Source of the DNA: Nitrospirota bacterium | GTDB lineage: Bacteria > Nitrospirota > UBA9217 | Assembly: GCA_963845065.1 (NCBI GenBank) | Contig: CAWJQQ010000005.1 | Coordinates: 32,001 to 96,000, forward strand | DNA length: 64,000 bases | Reading direction: 5' to 3' | In this document: in pieces, positions 21,193-33,339 of the stretch | Numbering within the stretch: position 1 is the stretch's first letter | Layout: the number at the start of each line of letters is the position of its first letter | Position numbers and translations under genes: made by a program | The notes under the pieces: model-generated | What the model was told of the DNA's origin: nothing | Databases searched by the model: none | The model's input: the letters and a program-made list of their open reading frames with translations, nothing else

Positions 21193-22108
21193 CTTGGCCG
21201 TGGAGGTGAGCAACCTCTCGGTGCGGTTCGGCGATTTCGTTGCTGTAGACCGAATTTCATTCACTGTTCGCCGCGGCGAGATATTCGGGTTTTTGGGCGC
21301 AAACGGCGCAGGCAAGACGACCACGATCCGAGTGCTTTGCGGACTCCTGCTGCCTACCGAAGGGTCAGTGCGCGTAGGCGGAATCAGTTTCGACCACAAC
21401 GAGCAGGCGGTCAAGTCCAAGGTCGGGTACATGTCCCAAAAATTTACTCTCTACAATGATATGACGGTCGAGGAGAACCTGAACTTCATCTCAAGCCTCC
21501 GCAAATTGGACATAGCAACCTATAAACAACGGCGCAAAGAATTGTTCGACTTTATCTCCTTCGACAAGCCCCTTAGCACCATTGTCCGCGACTTATCCGG
21601 TGGGACGAAGCAGCAAGTATCGCTCGCTGCAGCGCTCCTGCATGACCCGGAGATCATCTTCCTCGACGAGCCTACGGCAGGTGTGACACCTGCTTCTCGA
21701 AGCCGCTTCTGGCAACTTATCCGCAAGCTCGCCGATAGGGATAAGACTGTCTTCGTAACTACCCATTATATGGATGAAGCGGAACAGTGCGACCGAATCG
21801 CTCTCATGCGGGAAGGCAAAATCATCGCGCTCGATTCACCGGAAGGCCTCAAAACCGCAACCTTTTCAACGCCCATGCTCGAGTTCAACCCCCGGGATGC
21901 GCTCAGCTTTGCCGAAGTTTCCGCCATGGCACGGCATACGGTGTTTCTGTTTTTCGAACCTTACGGCCTCCGGTTTCATGCCGCAATCAAGAGCGAAGGG
22001 GAATGGGAAACAGTGAGAAACGAATTCGAAAAAAAATTCTCGATCCGAAGAATCAAACCGTCGCTCGAAGATGTGTTCATTGAGACCGTAGAGAGAAAGG
22101 CCGTATGA
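21185..22108 (+). CDS. ABC ATP-binding protein (YbhF C-half-like)
   Basis: GANGAGKTT, GYMSQKF, LSGG and FLDEPTAGV motifs; the ATG at 21185 overlaps the previous gene. Confidence 0.92.
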   Translation: MNDLAVEVSNLSVRFGDFVAVDRISFTVRRGEIFGFLGANGAGKTTTIRVLCGLLLPTEGSVRVGGISFDHNEQAVKSKVGYMSQKFTLYNDMTVEENLNFISSLRKLDIATYKQRRKELFDFISFDKPLSTIVRDLSGGTKQQVSLAAALLHDPEIIFLDEPTAGVTPASRSRFWQLIRKLADRDKTVFVTTHYMDEAEQCDRIALMREGKIIALDSPEGLKTATFSTPMLEFNPRDALSFAEVSAMARHTVFLFFEPYGLRFHAAIKSEGEWETVRNEFEKKFSIRRIKPSLEDVFIETVERKAV

Positions 22109-23223
22109 AAAACTTTGTCTGGCGACGGGCCTTTGCGGTGGCAAAGAAAGAAGTCTATCACATCCTCCGGGACCCTACGACCCTCGGGGCAGCTCTAGTC
22201 CTGCCGGTTTTCATGGTAATCATGTTCGGCGTGGCCATTGAGTTCAATGTAAAAAACGTCGCTCTTGCAGTGAATGATTCGGACCAGACGCAAAGTTCCC
22301 GACGACTTCTGGATACCTTTCAAAGTTCTGATTACTTCCTGATACATCGTGTAAGTTCGCCCCATGATGCCATTATCGATGTGTCTGCAGAGCGCGCGCG
22401 TGCGGCCCTTATCATTCCTCCACGCTTTGAAAAGGACCTCTTCAGCGGCAGGGGGGCTGAAGCGCAAATCCTGGTCGACGGCTCCGACAACTCCACGGTC
22501 GGTCCTGTACTCGGCTATGTAGGAAGCATTCAAGACATCGCATCACGCAGAATCGGTAACTTTGACCCAACTTCTCCGTACGAAATCCGGACGAGGTTTT
22601 TATTCAATCCCGAGCTAAATAGCCGCTGGTTCGTGATCCCCGGGCTTACCGTCGTGGTGATGTCAATCCTCTCTATCCTGCTGACCGCGCTCACTGTTGC
22701 CCGGGAATGGGAAAACGGTTCCATGGAACTGCTTCTGTCCACGCCCGTGCAGCCTCTCGAAATCATCGTCGGGAAGCTTGCTCCCTACGGCATCCTCGGG
22801 ATTATCGCTGTGGTCTTCGTGTATGTCATTGCAAGGACCGTATTCGGCGTCCCCTTTGTAGGAAACCTCTGGGTCTTCGGCTTCGGCTGCCTGCTCTTCA
22901 TCGTAACTTATCTTGCACAAGGGCTGCTCATCTCCGTGGTCACACGCAAACAGACAATTGCTATGCAGTTGTCCATGATGTCCGGCATGCTACCGTCCAA
23001 CCTGCTCTCCGGTTTTATTTTCCCGATCGAGAGCATGCCGGTGTTTTTTCAATATTTTACGATGGTTCTTCCGGCACGATGGTTCATGCAGATCGCACGA
23101 GATACATTTTTAAAGGGATCGAGCTTTATCGAACTTGGCAGACCGTTTCTGGCGCTCATTATTATCTGCGCACTCATGATCTTTTTAGCCGCGCGACGGT
23201 TCAAGAGGGACCTTGAGCCATGA
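22105..23223 (+). CDS. ABC-2 permease (YbhS-like)
   Basis: KEVYHILRDP, FNPEL.SRWFVIPG, AREWENGSMELL and LLSGFIFPIESMP motifs. Confidence 0.92.
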   Translation: MKNFVWRRAFAVAKKEVYHILRDPTTLGAALVLPVFMVIMFGVAIEFNVKNVALAVNDSDQTQSSRRLLDTFQSSDYFLIHRVSSPHDAIIDVSAERARAALIIPPRFEKDLFSGRGAEAQILVDGSDNSTVGPVLGYVGSIQDIASRRIGNFDPTSPYEIRTRFLFNPELNSRWFVIPGLTVVVMSILSILLTALTVAREWENGSMELLLSTPVQPLEIIVGKLAPYGILGIIAVVFVYVIARTVFGVPFVGNLWVFGFGCLLFIVTYLAQGLLISVVTRKQTIAMQLSMMSGMLPSNLLSGFIFPIESMPVFFQYFTMVLPARWFMQIARDTFLKGSSFIELGRPFLALIIICALMIFLAARRFKRDLEP

Positions 23224-24320
23224 ACCGAACGCTTATCGGATTCATAAAAAAGGAACTGATCCAGACCCTCCGTGACCCCAGGATGCGGGTGATGCTCTTC
23301 GTCATGCCGGTGATCCAGCTTACGCTCTTCGGCGTCGCCATTTCGAACGAAGTCAAGAACATCAGGCTTGCCGCAGTGTTTGATTCCAAAGATACCGTTT
23401 TGCGCGATGTCTACGAACGGAGCATTGCGGGGAAGTGGTTCATTCCTGCTACAAGTAAAGAACGAGACCCCTTCACCATGATCGAAGCGAATGATGCCGA
23501 TGCTGTGCTCATTCCGCCTCCCGGTGGATTCACTCGCGAACTTGGCCGCGGCGACGCGAAGCTGCAGCTGCTTGTGAACGCAATAAATGTAGTCCAGGCG
23601 CAATCCATAGAAGCGTATCTGCAGAACATCGTTCAGCAGACGGTCACGGATGATATTAAGCTCACTCCGCTTACGTCCCCGATCCAAGTGAGCACGCGCG
23701 TGCTTTTCAACCCTGAGCTTGAAACATCGGTATACCTGGTTCCTGGCGTGATGTGCATGATCATGATCATCTCAACGATGGTGTTGTCCAATATAGCCAT
23801 TGTTCGGGAAAAAGAGATGGGAACGTTCGAGATGCTGATCTCGGCGCCCGTATCACGGTCCGAAGTCATTTACGGCAAAACGATTCCTTACGTGCTCCTG
23901 GGAATGTCTAGTGTGCCGCTGATTCTGGGTGTGGCCGTGTTCGCCTTCCAAGTTCCTATGCGCGGTTCTTTGTTTGCATTATTCATAGCAGCCTTCGCTT
24001 TTGTCTGCACTGCCGTTGCCTTGGGGACCCTGATTTCCACATACTGCAGGAACCAGCAGCAGGCGACCCTTGCCGGGTTCCTGTTCATTTTCCCTATGAT
24101 CATGTTCTCTGGAATGATGTTCCCTATCGAAAATATGCCAGCTGCCCTCCGGTGGCTTTCCTACTTCGACCCACTCGCACACTACATGGGCCTTCTTCGC
24201 AATATCATGCTCAAAGGCGGAGAAACGGACTATGTCGTCACCCATATCTTGTATCTTGCCATCATAGCAGTGGTAAGCGTCGTTGCTAGCTTCCGGCGGT
24301 TCCACACGACGTTGGAGTAG
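23220..24320 (+). CDS. ABC-2 permease (YbhR-like)
   Basis: KELIQTLRDP, FNPEL, VREKEMGTFEML and FSGMMFPIENMP motifs. Confidence 0.92.
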   Translation: MNRTLIGFIKKELIQTLRDPRMRVMLFVMPVIQLTLFGVAISNEVKNIRLAAVFDSKDTVLRDVYERSIAGKWFIPATSKERDPFTMIEANDADAVLIPPPGGFTRELGRGDAKLQLLVNAINVVQAQSIEAYLQNIVQQTVTDDIKLTPLTSPIQVSTRVLFNPELETSVYLVPGVMCMIMIISTMVLSNIAIVREKEMGTFEMLISAPVSRSEVIYGKTIPYVLLGMSSVPLILGVAVFAFQVPMRGSLFALFIAAFAFVCTAVALGTLISTYCRNQQQATLAGFLFIFPMIMFSGMMFPIENMPAALRWLSYFDPLAHYMGLLRNIMLKGGETDYVVTHILYLAIIAVVSVVASFRRFHTTLE

Positions 24321-24428
24321 AGAATATCGATGAATTCACGAATAAACATGGTGTAAACCAAAATGCAGAACTTGGGTTCAACTGTTTGAACTATCCTTCT
24401 TTCCCATGGCTAAAAGCTCTTACTTGGC

Positions 24429-27400
24429 TTACTCACGAATACCCCGGCTGCGCAATCTGCGAATACCTTCAAACCAAATCCTGAACCGGTCAAGGTAAAG
24501 ATACATCACCGGCGTCGTGTAGAGCGTAAGCATCTGGCTAAAGATCAGTCCGCCGACAATAGCGATTCCGAGGGGCCTGCGTAGCTCAGACCCCACGCCA
24601 TGGCCCACTGCAAGCGGCAAAGCGCCCAAAAGCGCTGCCATGGTCGTCATCATGATAGGCCGGAACCGCAAGAGACAGGCCTGATAAATCGCCTCTTCCG
24701 GACTCTTCCCTTCCTTGCGCTCCACCTCGAGCGCGAAATCTACCATTAGGATACCGTTCTTTTTCACAATACCGATCAAAAGGAGTATACCGATGATGGC
24801 GATCACGCTGAGATCGATGCGGAAGAGCATCATGGCTAGGACCGCACCCACACCTGCGGATGGCAGTGTCGAAAGGATTGTTATCGGGTGGATATAGCTT
24901 TCGTACAATATGCCGAGCACGATGTAGACCGTCATGAGCGCGGCCAGGATCAATAATGGCTGATTGGTCAAAGAGTCTTTAAATGCCTGGGCAGTGCCGG
25001 AAAATGTTCTCTTGATGCTCGACGGCATACCCATGTGCCGCGTGGCGTCTTCGACCGCCTTCACCGCGTCCCCAAGCGGCACGCCGGCTACGAGGTTGAA
25101 TGACGCCGTGATTGAGGGAAATTGCCCCTGGTGGTTCACTGCAAGCGATGTTGCGGTCTGTTCATAATGAGTAAAGGCGCTTAAGGGAACAAGCGGACCC
25201 TTGGATGAAGGAACGTAGATATATCTGAGCGTATCAGGCCGCTGCCAGAACAGTGGTTCGACCTCCATAACTACGTGATACTGGTTCAAAAGCGTATAAT
25301 TGATCGAAACCTGACGTTGACCGAAGGCGTCGTATAACGTATCGTCGATGAGCTTCGTGGTAATGCCCAGCCGCGAGGCGGTCGCACGGTCGATCATGAG
25401 CGTAGCCTGCAGTCCTTTGTTCTGCTGGTCGCTGCTCACGTCGACCAGTTGGGGTATTGTTCTCATCTTTTGCAGTACGCGTTGACCCCATTCGTTCAAC
25501 GCCGCAAGGTCTCCTCCCTGAATCGTATACTGATAGAACGCATTGCTAATCTTCCCACCGATGCGAAGATCCTGCACCGGCTGGAGATAGGTGGGCGCCC
25601 CGGGCACTGCAGCCAGTTTTTTGCGCAAGCGTCCAATGATTTGTTCAGCGCTGGCATTTCTCTTCTCAAAGGACTTGAGTGAAATGAACATCCTCGCCGT
25701 GTTTGTCGTGGACCCACCGCCTCCTCCCGTGAAGCCGATCACATAGTCAACGTCGGGGTCCGTCTTGACCACGTCAACAATGTCCAAGAGTTTCCCTTCC
25801 ATTGCCTGGAACGACATGTCCTGCGCCGCCTGAATACTTCCGGCGATCCTCCCCGTGTCCTGCTCTGGGAAGAACCCTTTAGGCACAATGATAAACAAGT
25901 ACACGTTTGTGGCGAGCGTCATGACCATGATGACAAGCATGAACCGAGCGTGGCTGAGAGCCCAGCGAAGACTCCTTTCGTAGTGACCGTGCATCCAATT
26001 GAACGTCCATTCGCTGGTCCGAAACAAGACGCCGTGAGCGCCCTTCTTTTCTGGTCTCAGAATGGTGGCGCACAACATGGGCGTCGTGGTGAGTGATATG
26101 AGGAGTGAGACCAAGATCGCCGCCGAAAGCGTCACCGCAAATTCTCGAAAGAGCCTACCAACCATGCCGCCCATGAGGAGAACAGGGATGAAGACGGCAA
26201 TGAGCGAGGTGCTCATGGACAGTACCGTGAAGGCAATCTCTTTGGTCCCGGACAGCGCGGCCTGGAGGGAAGATTCCCCCTTCTCTCGATAGCGGGTAAC
26301 GTTTTCGAGAACGACAATTGCGTCGTCGACCACAAATCCTGTTGAGATCGTGAGCGCCATAAGAGAGAGGTTGTCGAGCGAGTAGCCGCACAGATACATC
26401 ACGCCAAAGGTGCCGATGATCGAGACGGTGACCGCTACTGCGGGAATGATCGTGGCGCGCACGTTCCGCAGGAACCAGAACACCACGAGGATCACCAGCA
26501 CGCCCGACACCACGAGCGTCCACTCGACGTCCCGTAGCGACCCGCGGATAGAGGGACTTCGATCGAGCACGACCGATAAGCTGATGGCGCCAGGCAAGGC
26601 AGCTTGCAGCTGCGGAAGCTGCTCTCGCACTCTGTCCACGGTCTCGATAATGTTCGCGCCGGGCGAGCGGAACACAACGAGCATCACGCAGGGCTTGCCA
26701 TTCACGAACCCGGCAGCCCGAAGGTCCTCCACCGAATCCTTCACATCAGCTACATTTCCAAGCCGTACCGCAGACCCTGACTTATACGCAACAACCAAAG
26801 GCAAATACTGTTCCGCTTTGCTCATCTGGTCGTTCGTTTGGATCTCCCGCGTTTCATCGCCAAACGCCAATTGCCCCTTAGGCGTGTTGACATTCGTACT
26901 TGAAAGCACGTTTCGTACGCTTTCTAGGCTGATGCCATATTTCGAGAGCGCCATTGGGCTTAAATCAATGCGTACTGCTGGAAGGGAGCTCCCTCCTACG
27001 AACACCTGCCCCACACCTTCCACCTGGGAGAGCTTCTGCGATAGGATTGAAGAGGCCCAATCGTACATCTGCGCCTTGCTGTTCGTATCAGAGGTGAGCG
27101 CCACGATGAGAATGGGTGCGTCCGAAGGATTGACTTTACGATACGTCGGGTCGGCTGGAAGGTTCGCGGGTAGGTACCCCCGCGCAGCATTAATCGCGGC
27201 TTGCACGTCGCGCGCCGCGCCGTTAATGTCGCGGTTCAGGTCGAATTGCAGCGTTATGCTGGTTGAGCCGTTGTTGCTTGTAGACGTCATTTCCGCCACA
27301 CCTGCAATGCGGCCGAACTGGCGTTCCAGGGGCGCCGCAACTGAGGTGGACATGGTCTCGGGGTCTGCCCCGGGAAGCGCCGCCTGCACTGAAATCGTCG

Positions 27401-27527
27401 GGAAATCCACCTGCGGCAACGGTGAGACGGGAAGCAAACGAAAGGCAATCACGCCGGAAAGTAAAAGTCCTGCTGTCAGGAGTGTCGTTGCGACAGGTCT
27501 CTTGATGAATGTTGCTGAAATGTTCAT
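24429..27527 (-). CDS. mdtC: RND efflux permease subunit MdtC
   Basis: [43 protein letters not shown] and [13 protein letters not shown] motifs; follows mdtB. Confidence 0.88.
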   Translation of the reverse strand: MNISATFIKRPVATTLLTAGLLLSGVIAFRLLPVSPLPQVDFPTISVQAALPGADPETMSTSVAAPLERQFGRIAGVAEMTSTSNNGSTSITLQFDLNRDINGAARDVQAAINAARGYLPANLPADPTYRKVNPSDAPILIVALTSDTNSKAQMYDWASSILSQKLSQVEGVGQVFVGGSSLPAVRIDLSPMALSKYGISLESVRNVLSSTNVNTPKGQLAFGDETREIQTNDQMSKAEQYLPLVVAYKSGSAVRLGNVADVKDSVEDLRAAGFVNGKPCVMLVVFRSPGANIIETVDRVREQLPQLQAALPGAISLSVVLDRSPSIRGSLRDVEWTLVVSGVLVILVVFWFLRNVRATIIPAVAVTVSIIGTFGVMYLCGYSLDNLSLMALTISTGFVVDDAIVVLENVTRYREKGESSLQAALSGTKEIAFTVLSMSTSLIAVFIPVLLMGGMVGRLFREFAVTLSAAILVSLLISLTTTPMLCATILRPEKKGAHGVLFRTSEWTFNWMHGHYERSLRWALSHARFMLVIMVMTLATNVYLFIIVPKGFFPEQDTGRIAGSIQAAQDMSFQAMEGKLLDIVDVVKTDPDVDYVIGFTGGGGGSTTNTARMFISLKSFEKRNASAEQIIGRLRKKLAAVPGAPTYLQPVQDLRIGGKISNAFYQYTIQGGDLAALNEWGQRVLQKMRTIPQLVDVSSDQQNKGLQATLMIDRATASRLGITTKLIDDTLYDAFGQRQVSINYTLLNQYHVVMEVEPLFWQRPDTLRYIYVPSSKGPLVPLSAFTHYEQTATSLAVNHQGQFPSITASFNLVAGVPLGDAVKAVEDATRHMGMPSSIKRTFSGTAQAFKDSLTNQPLLILAALMTVYIVLGILYESYIHPITILSTLPSAGVGAVLAMMLFRIDLSVIAIIGILLLIGIVKKNGILMVDFALEVERKEGKSPEEAIYQACLLRFRPIMMTTMAALLGALPLAVGHGVGSELRRPLGIAIVGGLIFSQMLTLYTTPVMYLYLDRFRIWFEGIRRLRSRGIRE

Positions 27528-27537
27528 GCTGATTCCG

Positions 27538-30500
27538 CTAGCTTCTGGAACGACTTTCTTTAACCCTTTGTGCAAGCCGGTCGAACCAGAGATAAATGAC
27601 TGGCGTCGTATAGAGGGTGAGGATCTGGCTGATCACGAGTCCGCCGACTATCGAGATTCCGAGGGGACGGCGAAGTTCTGACCCCACCCCGCGACCGAGT
27701 GCCAGGGGCAAAGCTCCCAAAATCGCTGCCATGGTCGTCATCATGATCGGCCGGAACCGTAGGAGGCAGGCCTGGTAGATCGCCTCTTCAGGACTCTTAC
27801 CTTCGTTACGCTCAGCATCAAGCGCAAAGTCGACCATCATGATGCCGTTTTTCTTCACGATACCGATCAATAGGATGATGCCGATAATGGCGATCACAGA
27901 GAGCTCGCTGCGGAAGAGCATCAATGAAAGCACTGCGCCAACCCCTGCTGAGGGAAGCGTGGAGAGAATCGTGACCGGGTGGATGTAGCTTTCATACAAA
28001 ACGCCGAGCACGATGTAAACCGTTATGAGCGCGGCCAGAATCAATAGCGGCTCATTGGAGAGCGAGGCCTTGAAGGCCTGGGCCGTTCCCTGGAAACTCC
28101 CCTTGATGCTGGCCGGCAGATTCAGCTGGTGTGCCGCATCCTCGACCGCATCGACCGCCTGTCCAAGTGACGCGTTCGGCGCTAGGTTGAATGACGCTGT
28201 CACTGCGGGGAACTGACCCTGTCGGTTTATAACCAGCGGTCCTGTTGTTTCCGATGCATGAGTAATTGCAGCGAGCGGAACTTGTCCGCCGCTTATACTG
28301 CTAAGATAGATCGATTGCAGACCGCTTGGGTCCTGCTGGAAGTTGGGTTTAACTGTTAGCACTACGTGATACTGGTTCAACTCAGTGTAGATCGTGGACA
28401 CTTGACGCTGGCCATAGGCATCGTAGAGTGTGTTATCAACGTTCTGCGGCGTGATGCCGAGCCGCGCGGCAGTGCCCCGGTCAATCGAAAGCGTGACCCT
28501 TGGCCCTGCGTCCTGCCGATCACTACTCACATCCCGGAGTTCCGGTCGGGCACGAAGAGCGCCAATCACCTTCGGCGCCAGCGTGTTTAACTCATCGGTA
28601 TTGGGATCATCGAGCGTATATTGAAACTGGGTGCGGCTGACTCGGGCATCCACCGTGAGGTCCTGCACGGGTTGCATGTAGAGCGTGATGCCCTCGACCT
28701 TAGCTAGCTCCGGCTGGAGGCGCCTGATAACCTCGATCGCGCTCGCGTCCCGCTCATCTAATGGTTTAAGATTGATCTGGATCCGGCCACTGTTTAAAGT
28801 TGTGTTGGTCCCGTCTACGCCGATGAAGGAAGACAGACTTTCGACTGCCGGATCCTTAAGGATCACCCGGGCTAGGGCCTGCTGTCGTTCGGCCATGGCG
28901 GGAAAAGAGATAGACTGTGGTGCTTCAGACGTACCCTGGATCACGCCTGCGTCCTGGATCGGGAAAAAGCCCTTCGGAACAACAATATAGAGCAATACTG
29001 TAAGGACGAGCGTACCCAGAGCCACCACGAGCGTCGCTGTCTGGTGCTGCAGTACCCACTGCAAAGTCTTCCCGTAGGATGCAATAACTCTATCGAAGTA
29101 AAGCTGGGACACATGGTAGAACTTTCCCTGTTTGTCCTGGGGAACGTGCTTGAGGATCCGCGCGCACATCATCGGCGTGAGTGTAAGCGATACGATTGCC
29201 GAAATGAGGATCGTGACACCGAGGGTGATTGCAAACTCTCGGAAAAGGCGGCCGACCACGTCCCCCATGAAGAGCAACGGGATCAAGACGGCGATCAGCG
29301 AAACCGTTAGCGAGAGGATCGTGAAACCGATCTGCTTTGCCCCCTTGAGTGCTGCCTGCATCGGTGCTTCCCCTTCTTCAACGTAGCGGGCGATATTTTC
29401 GATCATGACAATAGCATCATCAACGACAAAACCCGTCGAGATCGTCAAGGCCATAAGCGAAAGGTTGTTCAGGCTGAAGCCCATCAGGTACATCACCCCG
29501 AAGGTCCCAACGAGGGAGACCGGTACGGCAACGCTCGGGATGGTCGTTGCCGGCAAATTACGTAGAAACAGGTAAATGACAAGAATAACGAGCGCGACGG
29601 CCAGGAGCAGCTCGTACTCCACGTCCCTGACCGATGCGCGAATGGTCGTGGTGCGGTCGGTCAAAACCGTGACTTTAATGGACGAGGGCAAAGCGTTCTG
29701 GAGCTGTGGCAGAAGCTTCTTGATCCGGTCGACGACCTCGATGACGTTTGCGCCGGGCTGGCGCTGGATGTTCACGATCACGGCAGGAGACGTATTGAAC
29801 CATGCAGCCTGGTCCACATTCTCAGCACCGTCGATCACGTCAGCAACATCGGACAAATGTACGGGTGCATTGTTGCGATAGGCTATGATGAGTGGCTGGT
29901 AATCCGTGGCCGTATAGAGCTGGTCATTCGCGCCGATGATGTAGGCCTGACGCGGGCCGTCGAAACCACCCTTAGCCTCGTTGACATTGGCAACACTAAT
30001 TGCAGTACGAACATCTTCAAGCGCCAAGCCATAGGCTGCCAAAGCCGCAGGATTAGCTTGAACACGGACAGCCGGACGCTGGCCGCCGGAGAGGCTCACG
30101 AGACCGACCCCGGGCAGTTGGGAAATTTTCTGGGCGAACCGCGTATCCGCCATATCTTCAACCTGCGGCAACGTTAGCGTGTTCGAGGTGAGTGCCAAGG
30201 TCAGTATAGGCGCATCCGCGGGATTAACCTTGTTGTAGACCGGCGGGGTCGGAAGGTCTGTTGGCAGGTACGTAAAGGCGGCATTGATGGCCGCCTGCAC
30301 CTCCTGCTCGGCAACGTCCAAGCTCAAATCCAGACTGAATTGCAGTGTGATGACTGAACTGCCGCCGGAGCTCGACGATGTCATCTGGGTCAAGCCCGGC
30401 ATCTGGCCGAACTGACGCTCAAGCGGCGCCGTGACCGAAGTGGCCATAACATCAGGGCTTGCGCCGGGATAGAACGTTCTGATCTGGATAATCGGGTAAT

Positions 30501-30621
30501 CCACCTGCGGTAGCGCAGAAACTGGAAGCTGCTTATACGCAACCGCTCCTGCAAGAAGAATGGCGATCATCAGGAGCGTGGTTGCTACTGGCCGCTCGAT
30601 GAAGATGCGGGAAAGGTTCAT
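27538..30621 (-). CDS. mdtB: RND efflux permease subunit MdtB
   Basis: [44 protein letters not shown] and [13 protein letters not shown] motifs. Confidence 0.9.
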   Translation of the reverse strand: MNLSRIFIERPVATTLLMIAILLAGAVAYKQLPVSALPQVDYPIIQIRTFYPGASPDVMATSVTAPLERQFGQMPGLTQMTSSSSGGSSVITLQFSLDLSLDVAEQEVQAAINAAFTYLPTDLPTPPVYNKVNPADAPILTLALTSNTLTLPQVEDMADTRFAQKISQLPGVGLVSLSGGQRPAVRVQANPAALAAYGLALEDVRTAISVANVNEAKGGFDGPRQAYIIGANDQLYTATDYQPLIIAYRNNAPVHLSDVADVIDGAENVDQAAWFNTSPAVIVNIQRQPGANVIEVVDRIKKLLPQLQNALPSSIKVTVLTDRTTTIRASVRDVEYELLLAVALVILVIYLFLRNLPATTIPSVAVPVSLVGTFGVMYLMGFSLNNLSLMALTISTGFVVDDAIVMIENIARYVEEGEAPMQAALKGAKQIGFTILSLTVSLIAVLIPLLFMGDVVGRLFREFAITLGVTILISAIVSLTLTPMMCARILKHVPQDKQGKFYHVSQLYFDRVIASYGKTLQWVLQHQTATLVVALGTLVLTVLLYIVVPKGFFPIQDAGVIQGTSEAPQSISFPAMAERQQALARVILKDPAVESLSSFIGVDGTNTTLNSGRIQINLKPLDERDASAIEVIRRLQPELAKVEGITLYMQPVQDLTVDARVSRTQFQYTLDDPNTDELNTLAPKVIGALRARPELRDVSSDRQDAGPRVTLSIDRGTAARLGITPQNVDNTLYDAYGQRQVSTIYTELNQYHVVLTVKPNFQQDPSGLQSIYLSSISGGQVPLAAITHASETTGPLVINRQGQFPAVTASFNLAPNASLGQAVDAVEDAAHQLNLPASIKGSFQGTAQAFKASLSNEPLLILAALITVYIVLGVLYESYIHPVTILSTLPSAGVGAVLSLMLFRSELSVIAIIGIILLIGIVKKNGIMMVDFALDAERNEGKSPEEAIYQACLLRFRPIMMTTMAAILGALPLALGRGVGSELRRPLGISIVGGLVISQILTLYTTPVIYLWFDRLAQRVKESRSRS

Positions 30622-31853
30622 TTACTCTGCCTTTGTGGAACGGGCTCTCCGCTGTTCGGGGCACTCACCTCGACCTTGCTGCCGTCACGCAATCTGTCGG
30701 CTCCGTCCACAACGACAAGTTCGCCAGCCGATAGACCTGATGTAATTGAGGCGGTTCCTTCCTGAACAATGCCCAGGGTGATTGGACGCAATACTGCCGT
30801 CTGGTCTGCTTTCACCACGTAAACGAACGCGCCTTGTGGTCCCCGTTGAATGGCCTCCGGCGGCACTAGGACGGCATCGTGTTTGACTTCGATGATGAGA
30901 CGGGCATTGACGAACTGGTTTGGAAAGAGCTCATTATTTTTGTTAGGGAACAAGGCTTTGAGTTTGACTGTGCCCGTATTCGGGTCAATCTGGTTGTTTA
31001 CCGTTAAAAGGGTACCTGTGGCAAGTTTCTGCTTCTGCTCCCTGTCGAAAGCTTCGACAGTCAATCGTGCACCGCTCCTGAGTTTACCCATAATCTGCGA
31101 GAGATTATCTTCGGGTAGAGAAAATATCACCGAGATCGGCTGTAACTGAGTAATCACCGCCACCCCGCTGGATTCGGCATTGGCCGCAAGCACTATGTTG
31201 CCCGGGTCCATCAGACGCAAGCCAATGCGTCCGCTGATAGGAGAGGTTATGTGTGCGTAGACCAATTGCAGCTTGGCGGTGTCAATTAGTCCCTGATCGT
31301 TCTTGACCGATCCTTCATACTGGTGAACCAGCGCAGCCTGAGTATCGAGCTGCTGTGTGGCAATTAAATCCTTTTTAACTAGATCCTGGTACCGCTTTAG
31401 ATCAAGTTTGGCATTTTCTAGGAGCGCCTGATCGCGGGCCAATGCACCCTCTGCCTGGGTCAGCTGCGCTTCATACGGCCGCGGGTCGATTTCGGCCAAC
31501 AGATCGCCTTTTTTTACCATCTGGCCTTCCCGGTAGAGAACGTTCGTCAGCATTCCGTCGACGCGACTATTCACGGTGATGGTAGTGAGCGATGTAACTG
31601 CGCCGAGTCCTGATAAATAAACACCGAAATCACCCTTCTTCACTGCAGCAGCCACGACCGGGATACTCGGTGCAGTCGCATGCCCCCCCTGGGCGGCACG
31701 CGTTACGTTTTGACCGCCTTTTGCAAAGAAAATGACCACCCCTACAACAATGAGGCAGACTATGATCGCCCCTATCCACCATCGGTTTTGCAACGATCTG
31801 AAAAGTTTCCTCTCCTGTGTACTAGTGGGCCTTATTTCTTTCAATGAAGTCAT
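30618..31853 (-). CDS. mdtA: MdtA/MuxA-family RND periplasmic adaptor
   Basis: [36 protein letters not shown] and LFPNQFVN motifs; 4-bp overlap with mdtB. Confidence 0.9.
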   Translation of the reverse strand: MTSLKEIRPTSTQERKLFRSLQNRWWIGAIIVCLIVVGVVIFFAKGGQNVTRAAQGGHATAPSIPVVAAAVKKGDFGVYLSGLGAVTSLTTITVNSRVDGMLTNVLYREGQMVKKGDLLAEIDPRPYEAQLTQAEGALARDQALLENAKLDLKRYQDLVKKDLIATQQLDTQAALVHQYEGSVKNDQGLIDTAKLQLVYAHITSPISGRIGLRLMDPGNIVLAANAESSGVAVITQLQPISVIFSLPEDNLSQIMGKLRSGARLTVEAFDREQKQKLATGTLLTVNNQIDPNTGTVKLKALFPNKNNELFPNQFVNARLIIEVKHDAVLVPPEAIQRGPQGAFVYVVKADQTAVLRPITLGIVQEGTASITSGLSAGELVVVDGADRLRDGSKVEVSAPNSGEPVPQRQSK

Positions 31854-32104
31854 GATAATCGCCTCACAATAGATTACACCCCTCATTCGGCAGAAGTACC
31901 TCAAATCAAAGCGCGAACGAACGGTTGCTGTTTACTCTTTTTCCTTTCGGATATATAAAAGAACAAATTCGACCGCGATGATAACACCGTTCTCACGCTA
32001 TTGTCAATGTTCTAATTGCGGAATATATTATGGTAGGAGGAAAAAACGGATTTCAAAGACACCATTCATATAAAACCCGACAAAAAGCAGGCGCCTTGCT
32101 ATGC

Positions 32105-32371
32105 TTACGCAGTTTGCTCATACAGCTTACAATAACTTTTCCGCCCGGTATTATATATTGGCGATATAGTGAAAAACGACTTTGCCGCAGATGCAATTTT
32201 CGATGGAGCTGCAGATTTATTTGTGGCATTTTCGGTCGTCTTGTTCTTTGCCGAATATTTTTCAATTACCGAGGCCTTCTCTGGGGACGCCGGTGCTGTT
32301 TCGCTCTCTGCCGCATACACCACGCCAAGGCCCAGAGCAAAGGTCGTTGCTATGTTAATAACGAAGATCAT
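32105..32371 (-). CDS. Small hypothetical exported low-complexity protein (possibly decayed)
   Basis: Signal-like N-terminus (FALGLGVVYA|AE) followed by an Ala/Ser/Lys-rich tail. Confidence 0.3.
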   Translation of the reverse strand: MIFVINIATTFALGLGVVYAAESETAPASPEKASVIEKYSAKNKTTENATNKSAAPSKIASAAKSFFTISPIYNTGRKSYCKLYEQTA

Positions 32372-32655
32372 TTTTTATTTATTTTTCACCACGCTTTCTG
32401 TTTTGCATTATTCACCGTCTTTCAGTTCATGTATTCTTTGAATGAGACACAGGCACTTGGAAAAAGTTTAATGTATTCAATAAATAAAATCGTTATATTG
32501 TTGCGTTGGCGTATTCTCTCCGACTAGTTATCTGCTGTCAGGCCTGACAACTCACTATTTCTAGCAGGCTGTCCATCAATAGCCATCATCTTGATTTAAT
32601 CATTAATGATTTGCACTTTCAATCTAACCAAAATAAAAAATTCCTAAGAATTGGG

Positions 32656-33339
32656 TGACAACGTTCAGGACATCGTGGACAAAAATATTAGTCACGACAT
32701 CGTGGACTCGCAACTTTGAAACTATTCTATCCAGCGATGCCGTAATGAGAATCTTCACATTCATCGCAGTCGATATTTGTATTCCTCGACCTGGATCGTA
32801 TCCAGGAAGAGTTTTAATGCTTGATCTTTGACATCGATAGTAGCCACAACGTATTCGTATTGGATCTCCGGTGGAGTCGGGAACATTTCACTAAAGATGT
32901 TCAGCCGGCAGTCGCTTCGGATGAATCTGACGATATGATAGCAGCCTTCCTCCGGCTTATCCAAAGGGTGCCTTGGGGCATCACCCTGGACTGGAAAGAT
33001 CAATTTCTTTTCCATAGCGACCAATGCCTTGAGCGGGGTTTTCCCTTTAATCTTACTGTAGGGATAGGTGCTGTTGTGCCGGTGCTCGAAGGCTAAGGAT
33101 TTTTGCTGAAGCTGCGACATCGATGACATTACGACCTTGTTGAGAAACTTCTGTTCGTAATGGTCGTTGAACTTTTCGACGACTCCGTTCCACCAGGGCT
33201 CGGAAGGTGGAATGAACCAAAGATTGACCCCGTGGTGCAGGTAGAGACGAATAAGCGGTCCCATTTCTCGTGGGTGGGTTGGACTTCCATAAAAGGCCAT
33301 ATCGCTGTCCACTTGAAGATTCTCTGGCTCTAAAATCAT
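32656..33339 (-). mobile_element. Truncated IS (integrase-core/rve DDE transposase, IS481-like) with its right end retained
   Basis: ORF 32761-33339 has LQVDSD...F and FIPPSEPWWNGVVEKFN (rve core); the N-terminus is missing. The end region has GACATCGTGGAC twice (32669-32680, 32696-32707) and ends ...TGTCA on the minus strand at 32656. Confidence 0.75.

Noticed and set aside
26410..27681. 423-aa plus-strand ORF
   Set aside because: Antisense shadow of mdtC/mdtB; Ser/Thr/Arg-rich with no motifs. The many shorter antisense ORFs over the RND, ABC and kinase genes were rejected for the same reason.
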